Source of the DNA: a virus
Taxonomy: Duplodnaviria > Caudoviricetes
IMG/VR virus record: IMGVR_UViG_3300011102_000489
Span: 1-33,160 of that record
Direction: 5' to 3' (one strand)
DNA length: 33,160 nucleotides
In this document: positions 24,231 to 31,014 of the stretch, piece by piece
Position numbering within the stretch: position 1 is the stretch's first letter
Layout of the letters: the number at the start of each line of letters is the position of its first letter
Made by a program: the position numbers and the translations under genes
Notes under the pieces: generated by a model
Seen by the model: only the letters and a program-made list of their open reading frames with translations
The model's database searches: none
What the model was told of the DNA's origin: nothing

Positions 24231-25103
24231 ATGCCCATCAGCCGCAAGGTCGAGCGCGACACCCGTGACTACGACACCACCCAGCTGCGCGAAGCCGGCC
24301 ACGGCCGCAGCCTGCACCGCGACTACAGTGGCCACTTCTGGCGCTGGAGCTTCGCGCGCAACTTCATCACCGCCAAGGACAACGTGCTCGAGATCGGCTG
24401 CGGCGAGGACCGCCCGCTGAGCAGGATCCTGACCGGCGGCGCGGCGCCCCACGTCAACAAGTACGTCGGCGTCGACCTGAACAAGCTGAAGCAGTCCAAC
24501 AACAAGCGCCTCACGTTCCTCGGTGAGTTCAACTTCGTCGAACGCCACAAGGAGCTGTTCAAGCTCGACCCGGCGTTCAAGGAAGGCTTCGACGTGGTCG
24601 TGCACTACGAGGTCATCGAGCACATGAAGGTCGAGCACGGCCGTAAGCTGCTCAAGGCCGCCTTCGACGCCCTGAAGCCGGGCGGCGTGATGCTCATGTC
24701 GACGCCGTGTTACGACGGCAGGCGGCACGCGGCGAACCACATCCACGAGTACTTCGTGGACGAGCTCCAGAAGGAGACCGAGAAAGCCGGGTTCGTGGTC
24801 GAGCGCCGCTACGGCGTGTTCATGGACATCAAGCACATCGGCAAGCAGAAGCCCGAGAAGGCCGGCACCGAGGCGGGCGAGACGGACCCGAGGCTGCATG
24901 ACGCCATCAAGCTGGTCCGAGCCGGTCTGGCCGAGTACTTCGACAACGACGCGATCAGCTGCATCTTCGCGCCGCTGTACCCCAACCACGCCCGCAACAA
25001 CCTCTGGGTGTGCCGCAAGCCGCTGGCCGCCAAGGCCGCCAAGACGACCGCCAAGACGACCGCGGCCAAGGCCGCCAAGAAGACCACTACCAAGAAGAGC
25101 TGA
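24231..25103 (+). CDS. Class I SAM-dependent methyltransferase (small-molecule/O-methyltransferase type)
   Basis: VLEIGCG, VGVD, FDVVVHYEVIEHM, LKPGGVMLMSTP; no DPPY or PC DNA-MTase motif; Lys/Ala/Thr-rich C-terminal tail. Confidence 0.9.
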   Translation: MPISRKVERDTRDYDTTQLREAGHGRSLHRDYSGHFWRWSFARNFITAKDNVLEIGCGEDRPLSRILTGGAAPHVNKYVGVDLNKLKQSNNKRLTFLGEFNFVERHKELFKLDPAFKEGFDVVVHYEVIEHMKVEHGRKLLKAAFDALKPGGVMLMSTPCYDGRRHAANHIHEYFVDELQKETEKAGFVVERRYGVFMDIKHIGKQKPEKAGTEAGETDPRLHDAIKLVRAGLAEYFDNDAISCIFAPLYPNHARNNLWVCRKPLAAKAAKTTAKTTAAKAAKKTTTKKS

Positions 25104-25114
25104 GGAGAAGGTCG

Positions 25115-25765
25115 ATGAACGACACCCCGACGGTGCCCTGCAAGTGGTGTAGGGCACCGACGTGGCACACCGGGACCGGGTGCTGCGACAACTGCTGGGA
25201 GCTCCAGCGCCGGATCCAGGGCAACCCCGCTCTGGCGGCGAGGATCCTGAACGAGACCCAGAGCCGGACACCGAGCAAGGAGTTCCAAGATGTCCGTGAC
25301 TTCCACCAGAAGTTCGAGCTGCTGTGCTTCGACAAGCCCGCGCGTCTGACCAAGCGCAAGCTCGTCGAGCGCGTTGAGTTCATGCTCGAGGAGCTGCTCG
25401 AGTTCGCGCAGTCGGCCGGCCTCGACGTGCAGGTCGCCCGCGACGAAGATGGCGTGTGGCTACGCCACGTCGAACCGAGCCTGTCCGTGGAGGAGCAGGA
25501 CATGGCCGGTCAGGCCGACGCGTTGGTCGATCTCGTCTACGTGGCCCTCGGCACCGCGGTCATGCTGGGCTTGCCGTGGGACTGGCTGTGGGACGACGTG
25601 CAGCGCGCCAACATGGCGAAGGTGCGCGGCATGACGAAGCGCGGCCACGCGGTCGACGTCACCAAGCCGCCCGGCTGGCAGGGACCGCAGACCCAGCGGA
25701 TCCTCGACCTGGCCGGCTACCGGCCCGACACGGAGGAGCGAGACGATGCGCAGCCCGACCAGTAA
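25115..25765 (+). CDS. MazG-like all-alpha (d)NTP pyrophosphatase (PRA-PH/DR2231 type) with N-terminal Cys-rich Zn ribbon
   Basis: VRDFHQKF, EELLE, DALVDLVYV, VQRANMAK, KPPGW; N-terminal CKWC...CCDNC. Confidence 0.85.
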   Translation: MNDTPTVPCKWCRAPTWHTGTGCCDNCWELQRRIQGNPALAARILNETQSRTPSKEFQDVRDFHQKFELLCFDKPARLTKRKLVERVEFMLEELLEFAQSAGLDVQVARDEDGVWLRHVEPSLSVEEQDMAGQADALVDLVYVALGTAVMLGLPWDWLWDDVQRANMAKVRGMTKRGHAVDVTKPPGWQGPQTQRILDLAGYRPDTEERDDAQPDQ

Positions 25766-26726
25766 GGCCGTCACTATCTTCGAAGGGCCGGACGGCGGCG
25801 GCAAGAGCACGATCGCGCAGGAGTACGCCCGGCTGACCCAGGCACGCTACGTCCACCACGGACCGTACAAGCAGGTGACGGACGGGCTCGCTCGCATGGT
25901 CTATGAGTCTATGCTGCCGGCACTGCTCGGTTACGAGGACGTTGTGCTCGACCGCTGCTGGATCTCGGAACCGATCTACGCCGACGCTTTCCGCGAAGGT
26001 CGCGATCGTGTGGGGCCGGAGCGGGCGCGCATGATGGACCGCGTGGCGATGCGCTGCGGCGCCGTGGTGGTCAGGTGTCTGCCGCCGTGGGCCTTCGTCA
26101 AGGCGACCTTCAATGGTCGGAAGGATAAGGAGTACCTCGACGACGACCAGCAGCTGCTGCGGGTCTACGGTGACTACCAGCATGACCTCAACACGCATTT
26201 GCACGGGGTCGACTACGACTGGACCCAGCACGTCGACAAGAAGCTCAGCCTCACCGTGATGACGGTCGTGAAACCACTGGTCGAGCTGCAGCGCGCGAAG
26301 AACCCGCCGCACGACATTCGTGCCCTGAGCGCGGGCAACTGGAACGCACCGATCGTAATCGTTGGCGACTCGTTCGCCGAGCACAAAAACAACGACACGA
26401 TGTACCAGCTGCCCTTCGTCTCGATGAGCGGCAGCGGCTGCAGCATGTGGCTGGCTCGACAGTTGGCCGAGGGCGGGATCAGCGAGCAGTCGTTGCTCTG
26501 GATCAACGCCGACGAGCTTGAGCGGGTGCCGGAGTTCTTCGACTGGCACGCCGCCAAGAAGTTCGTCACCCTCGGCGACAAGGCCACGTCGGTCGTCAAG
26601 TCCGTGGGACTCGACCACTCGCCCGTCAGTCATCCTCAGTATTGGAAGCGGTTTCAGAACGGGCAGCCTTACCCGCTGATCAAGGTGTTGAAAGATGCGA
26701 TCGCCGAAGTATACGCGCAATCGTGA
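25746..26726 (+). CDS. dNMP (thymidylate-like) kinase fused to a uracil-DNA-glycosylase-fold domain
   Basis: P-loop EGPDGGGKST and DRCWISE; C-terminal half IVIVGDS...LPFV...WINA...VTLGDKA...HPQY matches the family-4/5 UDG motif order. Confidence 0.8.
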   Translation: MRSPTSKAVTIFEGPDGGGKSTIAQEYARLTQARYVHHGPYKQVTDGLARMVYESMLPALLGYEDVVLDRCWISEPIYADAFREGRDRVGPERARMMDRVAMRCGAVVVRCLPPWAFVKATFNGRKDKEYLDDDQQLLRVYGDYQHDLNTHLHGVDYDWTQHVDKKLSLTVMTVVKPLVELQRAKNPPHDIRALSAGNWNAPIVIVGDSFAEHKNNDTMYQLPFVSMSGSGCSMWLARQLAEGGISEQSLLWINADELERVPEFFDWHAAKKFVTLGDKATSVVKSVGLDHSPVSHPQYWKRFQNGQPYPLIKVLKDAIAEVYAQS

Positions 26727-27027
26727 GTGGGCGAAGGAGAACCCAGAGCGCTTCGAGCGGATCCGTAAGCGTGCGAAGTTGAAGCACACCTACGGCATCT
26801 CGCTCGAGGCGTTTGAGGAGCTACTCGCAAAGCAAGGTGGTTGTTGTGCCATCTGCGGTCGGCAAGATCCGGACGATCGCTACTTTGGCTTGCGTGTCGA
26901 CCACTGCCACGATAGCAACAAGGTCCGTGGACTACTCTGCGGGAAGTGCAACCAAGCGATCGGGCTCTTCGACGAGAACATCGATTCAATGAAGGCCGCG
27001 ATCAAGTATCTCAGGAGACACAAATGA
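26695..27027 (+). CDS. Endonuclease VII-family (His-Me) nuclease, homing-endonuclease-like
   Basis: YGISLE...QGGCCAICG...VDHCH...VRGLLCGKCNQAIG. Confidence 0.9.
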   Translation: MRSPKYTRNREWAKENPERFERIRKRAKLKHTYGISLEAFEELLAKQGGCCAICGRQDPDDRYFGLRVDHCHDSNKVRGLLCGKCNQAIGLFDENIDSMKAAIKYLRRHK

Positions 27028-27845
27028 CGCTTACGCCTACTAACGCCACCCGCGCGTGGCTGGGCGCGATCGAGGAGCTGATCCTGCACGGTGCGAATGT
27101 CGCGCCACGCGGCCAACCTACCCTCGAGCTACCGCAGCACACGATCGCGGTTGACCTGGAGCACCCGGTGGTCGTGGCACCGACGCGCAAGGTCAGCGAG
27201 AAGTTCCTCGGTGCCGAGGCGTTCTGGATGCTGTCGGGCGACGACCGGGTCGAGACCATCGCGCCGTACAACAAGAACATCGCGCAGTTCAGCGACGACG
27301 GCGTGCGCTTCTTCGGCGCCTACGGCCCGAAGATCCTCGACCAGCTCGAGTACGTGGTGGGCAAGCTCATCGAGGACGAAGACACCCGGCAGGCTGGGTT
27401 GACTATCTGGCGCGAGAACCCGCCACCCACCAAGGACGTGCCGTGCACGGTGGCGATGTTCTTCAACATCCGTGACGGCCGGCTGAACTCGCACGTCTTC
27501 ATGCGCTCGAGTGACGTCTGGCTCGGGGTGCCCTATGACGTGTTCAACTTCAGCATGGTCGCGATGCTGGTGCTGTGCCGGCTCAACACCAGTCGTGCCA
27601 GCGCCATCTACGGATTGGAGCGGGCACGGGTCATCGAGCCCGGCACGTTGTACCTGACGGCGGCGTCGCGGCACCTGTACGAGCGCAACCAGGCCGCAGC
27701 TCTCGAGGTTCTGCACTCCGACGCGTGGCAGCCGAAGACGGACCCGGTGCCGAGGAGCCTGTGGACCAGCGAGCGCACGCTGATGGAGACGCTGGCTCGG
27801 ATCCGTGATGGCGACGATTCAGCGAAGTGGTGGCTGCGGCGATGA
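27024..27845 (+). CDS. Thymidylate synthase-superfamily enzyme, predicted dCMP (hydroxy)methylase
   Basis: DTRQA, catalytic DVPCT, MRSSDVWLGVPYDVF (Asp at the ThyA Asn177 position), SRHLYE. Start ATG 27024 after AGGAG. Confidence 0.85.
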   Translation: MTLTPTNATRAWLGAIEELILHGANVAPRGQPTLELPQHTIAVDLEHPVVVAPTRKVSEKFLGAEAFWMLSGDDRVETIAPYNKNIAQFSDDGVRFFGAYGPKILDQLEYVVGKLIEDEDTRQAGLTIWRENPPPTKDVPCTVAMFFNIRDGRLNSHVFMRSSDVWLGVPYDVFNFSMVAMLVLCRLNTSRASAIYGLERARVIEPGTLYLTAASRHLYERNQAAALEVLHSDAWQPKTDPVPRSLWTSERTLMETLARIRDGDDSAKWWLRR

Positions 27846-28036
27846 GGCGGCCACCCAGCGACTACCTCAAGCGCCGGTGGGATCGCCAGGCGCGGATCTT
27901 CGAGGAGTTCAAGCGCAGCCCGGAGCAGGACGACGCCCAGAAACAGGTTCGAAGAACGCCGGGACCCGATGACGGCCCGGCAGAGAAGGGAGGCGGAGCT
28001 CCTTCAACTGGAGGAACGGGCGGTGAAGACCTTTGA
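27842..28036 (+). CDS. Hypothetical protein (possibly frameshifted; see findings)
   Basis: ATGA coupling; codon quality drops after about 27945. Confidence 0.4.
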   Translation: MRRPPSDYLKRRWDRQARIFEEFKRSPEQDDAQKQVRRTPGPDDGPAEKGGGAPSTGGTGGEDL

Positions 28037-28080
28037 CGACCTCGCCGCCGTAGTCGTCGACCCACTGAGGAGGTTGCATC

Positions 28081-28608
28081 ATGAGAATCACAAGGGATGA
28101 GTGGGCGATCCAGCTCGCCCTGATCACGGCGCAGCGAAGCACCTGCTGTCGTCGCATGGTCGGGGCCGTGCTGCTCAACCATGCGGGCCACGTGCTGGCC
28201 ACCGGTTACAACGGCGTGGCGGCTGGGTTGCCGCACTGCAACGAGCTGGGAGTCCGTGACACGGGCCGCCAGTTCTTCGGCAGGGAGCAGAAGCTACTCG
28301 AGCTCGACCCGAAGGACCCGCGGTCCTACCCGAACGCGTGCTCAGGCGCGTTCAGCGCCTCAGGCACGAACCTCGACGGGTGTGAAGCGATCCACGCGGA
28401 GCAGAACGCCTTGCTGCAGTGCAAGGACGTCAGGGAGATTCACACCTGCTACTGCACCGCGTCGCCGTGTGTGACCTGCACGAAGCTGCTCCTGAACACC
28501 GGCTGCGCGCGGATCGTGTTCGTGGACGAGTACCCCCACCCGGCGGCCCGCGACCTGTGGACCAGAGCCGGCCGGGAGTGGGTCCAGCTGGTGTTAGAAA
28601 CCCGTTAG
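28081..28608 (+). CDS. dCMP deaminase
   Basis: RSTC..RMVGAV, TGYNG, HAEQNA, SPCVTC Zn motifs; RBS CTGAGGAGGT. Confidence 0.95.
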   Translation: MRITRDEWAIQLALITAQRSTCCRRMVGAVLLNHAGHVLATGYNGVAAGLPHCNELGVRDTGRQFFGREQKLLELDPKDPRSYPNACSGAFSASGTNLDGCEAIHAEQNALLQCKDVREIHTCYCTASPCVTCTKLLLNTGCARIVFVDEYPHPAARDLWTRAGREWVQLVLETR

Positions 28609-28611
28609 ACG

Positions 28612-28642
28612 AAGGGCCCTAGGAGATCCTAGGGCCTCTTTA
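28612..28642. terminator. Hairpin terminator between convergent early and late units
   Basis: GGCCCTAGG-AGAT-CCTAGGGCC flanked by AA and TCTTT. Confidence 0.75.
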
Positions 28643-28709
28643 TGTAGACCTGCCTAGGTCAAGCCAGGGAAGCGCGACTCGCTCAATCCCTGGAGGTTCC
28701 TGCCATGCT

Positions 28710-29072
28710 TCAGGGCTGGTCCAGGGCCTTCTTGCGACGACGGCAGTCCCAGTCGAACAGGCCGCAGGGCTGCCTGGCCTGCCGGAGCCGCTCCAACCCG
28801 TTCCTGAGGGTGTTCCGGGCTCGGTCCTTGTCCCGGTTGGACTGGTAGAGCGCGTCCTCGAGGTCACCCAGGCACGCGTCCTGCTGGTCCTCGGTCTTGG
28901 CCAGCTCGGCGCAGTACTCCTCACCGTTCGGGAGCAACCGCTTCCGAAGATCTTTCCCGACACTCAGCTCCAGCGCATCCAAGTCGCTCGCGGGCGAGTC
29001 GTCTTTCACGGAATGCGCGCAGCCGGCTGTCAGGCACAGGGCGAGCACCACGAGCAGCAGTCTCAGGTTCAT
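28710..29072 (-). CDS. o-spanin (Rz1-like lipoprotein)
   Basis: Signal peptide with lipobox LTAG-C; overlaps the 3' end of the i-spanin gene in another frame. Confidence 0.85.
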   Translation of the reverse strand: MNLRLLLVVLALCLTAGCAHSVKDDSPASDLDALELSVGKDLRKRLLPNGEEYCAELAKTEDQQDACLGDLEDALYQSNRDKDRARNTLRNGLERLRQARQPCGLFDWDCRRRKKALDQP

Positions 29073-29322
29073 TGCGGTTGTCCTCCTCGAGTTGTTGGTT
29101 GAAGCGAGCGCGTGCCTCGAGCAGGCCGACGTCGATCACCAGCCGCTGCGCCTCGTTCTTGCCGTCGTCCTTGATGATACCAGAAGTCGCCTCCATCGTG
29201 CGGCCTCGTCGCTCATTTTCTGCTGCAGCCTCCTTCCAGTCGAAGACGGTCTGCGCCCCGTAAAGGATCGCGCATCCGACGAGGACTGCGCCGATGAGCT
29301 TGACTGTTTCACTGATGGCCAT
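28921..29322 (-). CDS. i-spanin (Rz-like)
   Basis: N-terminal TM helix plus helical periplasmic domain with a C-terminal Cys pair; lysis cassette position. Confidence 0.8.
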   Translation of the reverse strand: MAISETVKLIGAVLVGCAILYGAQTVFDWKEAAAENERRGRTMEATSGIIKDDGKNEAQRLVIDVGLLEARARFNQQLEEDNRNEPETAARGARPVPDSRLRAFRERRLARERLGCAGAECRERSSEAVAPER

Positions 29323-29635
29323 CCTCGTCCTCTCCGAGCTTGTGGTCGTTGCGGGCCACGTACTTCCACCACGGTGGCATGCCCGGGGTCGTCATCCACG
29401 TCAGGCAGAATCCCCACAGCGTCAGCAGCTTGAGGATCAACCACCAGTACTTCGTGGCGGTGGTGAAGTACGAGGCGATGAACATCATCATCGCGGCGGT
29501 GACGAACAACAGCCCGACGCGACGCACCCACCACACTTTGCCGGTCTGGGTCCGCTTGATGTCGTTCAGCCTGGCGACCGCAGTAATCAGGATGAGCACT
29601 GCGGCCAAGACACACAGCATATCGAGTACACTCAT
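29309..29635 (-). CDS. Holin- or antiholin-like membrane protein (3 TM)
   Basis: Three hydrophobic segments and a charged tail; lies between endolysin and spanins. Confidence 0.65.
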   Translation of the reverse strand: MSVLDMLCVLAAVLILITAVARLNDIKRTQTGKVWWVRRVGLLFVTAAMMMFIASYFTTATKYWWLILKLLTLWGFCLTWMTTPGMPPWWKYVARNDHKLGEDEDGHQ

Positions 29636-30066
29636 TTTTCATCACCTCCGTCGGTCTTTGCTTTCGTGAAAGGGATCTTGATTGCCTTGATCAGGTGCTT
29701 GCCGTGCTCGATGGCCGTGGGCAGCCACCAGCGAATGATGGCTGCCATCATCATGGCGAACATCGAGATGTTCTTCGTCGCCCACTCCCACTCCATGGCG
29801 CTTGAGAGCAGCACTGCCAAGCTGGCGCCGAACATCATCGCCGCGACGACCTGGCCAAACAGGGCCTTTCGCGTCGGTACGGGGTCTCCGAAGAACAGCG
29901 ACAACGCAGCCCCCGCTGCGGCGGCGCCGTACACGGTCACCGGCACGTTCCACACCGGCTGGTTGACGTAATACGTGAACAGCTGGAACACCGGCGACGT
30001 GATGGCCCCGGCGCCGCTGGCGGCCCCGACTAGTTTCACCAGCTCGGACAAGCTTTCCCCCTTCAT
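29632..30066 (-). CDS. Holin-like membrane protein (144 aa)
   Basis: ATG 30066 coupled to the endolysin stop (TAATG); 3-4 hydrophobic segments and a charged C-terminus. Confidence 0.65.
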   Translation of the reverse strand: MKGESLSELVKLVGAASGAGAITSPVFQLFTYYVNQPVWNVPVTVYGAAAAGAALSLFFGDPVPTRKALFGQVVAAMMFGASLAVLLSSAMEWEWATKNISMFAMMMAAIIRWWLPTAIEHGKHLIKAIKIPFTKAKTDGGDEK

Positions 30067-30491
30067 TATGACAGTCCCCCGAAGTATGTGGCCTTTCCAT
30101 CGACGACACGCATGGTCAACAGCTGGCGCCGGTTGCGATTGCTGTAGCTGACGTGCACCCACGTGGGCTCGCGGATCAGCTGATCGTAAGGCAGCTGCAG
30201 GTCGCGAATCGTGCGAGCCACCTGGAGCGGGGTCATCCCAGGCACACGGATGTCCGCTGCTTCGCCGCGGCTGTGCTGCGAGTTGGCGACCCCGCCGACG
30301 AGCCTGTTCACCTGCGGTGACCGGTAGGCTGAAGTGACGATGACCGGCTTGCCGAGCGCGTCGCGCAGCGGTTGCAGGATGTTCTCGGCCAGCGCACGTA
30401 GCCGCTCGATCTCGACGGGCGTGGGCTCGTTCGGCGCCTTGACGGAGGTGACTGTCAGCTCAGCCAGGCGGAAGTTCTTGGTCAGTTGCAT
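30066..30491 (-). CDS. Endolysin, peptidase M15A family
   Basis: LTKNFRLAEL, SAYRS..VN..VGG..NSQH..GEAADI, WVHVSY Zn-peptidase motifs. Confidence 0.92.
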   Translation of the reverse strand: MQLTKNFRLAELTVTSVKAPNEPTPVEIERLRALAENILQPLRDALGKPVIVTSAYRSPQVNRLVGGVANSQHSRGEAADIRVPGMTPLQVARTIRDLQLPYDQLIREPTWVHVSYSNRNRRQLLTMRVVDGKATYFGGLS

Positions 30492-30660
30492 GGTGTGCCT
30501 CCAGGTCCTCGATCAGTTGGTTGAGCTGCTGTACCGCATCTTCGAAGCGCTGCCGGTCTTGGCCACACACCCGACAGCTGGCGAGCTGGTTGACCCGGAT
30601 CAGGCACTGAGCCTTAGCGAGTCGGATGGCGGCCAACAGCTCAGGCGTGGGCCGGATCAT
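30460..30660 (-). CDS. Hypothetical protein (66 aa)
   Basis: ATG 30660 right after the upstream stop; MIRPTPELLAAIRLAKAQC...CRVC; its 3' end carries the endolysin SD. Confidence 0.6.
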   Translation of the reverse strand: MIRPTPELLAAIRLAKAQCLIRVNQLASCRVCGQDRQRFEDAVQQLNQLIEDLEAHHATDQELPPG

Positions 30661-30661
30661 G

Positions 30662-31006
30662 TCAGACCGCCGTCCACGTGCCAGGTGCGGTCTGGCGGTA
30701 GTCGGCCGCCGAGTCGAGGTCGTGGGCGTAGTGCCACAGCGGCGCCTCGATGAACCTCCACGTGTTGGCACCGGTGCAGAGCGCGACCTTGCCGTCTTGG
30801 CCGGCCCACGCGCCAGTGGCGCCAGCGGCGACGAGCCAGCGCTTGCCCACGTCACTGGCCAAGGTGCTGGGCGGTGCAGTCAGGTCGATCGCTTGCACCA
30901 CGAGCGGCAGCAGGGCGTCGATCGTCTGGACCGCCTCGTTGTAGGCGACGCTGATGTCGGTCGCGCCGGGCGGGGTGTTGGGCAGCTTCAGGTTCGGGGT
31001 AGCCAT
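30662..31006 (-). CDS. DUF2793-family tail-associated protein
   Basis: TPNLKLP...NEA...ID, WLVAAGATGAWAGQDGKVA...WRF signature. Confidence 0.8.
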   Translation of the reverse strand: MATPNLKLPNTPPGATDISVAYNEAVQTIDALLPLVVQAIDLTAPPSTLASDVGKRWLVAAGATGAWAGQDGKVALCTGANTWRFIEAPLWHYAHDLDSAADYRQTAPGTWTAV

Positions 31007-31014
31007 GGTCGTCC

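Noticed and set aside
24231-25103. Methyltransferase as a classic R-M DNA methylase
   Set aside because: It lacks the DPPY/NPPY or PC/ENV catalytic motifs.
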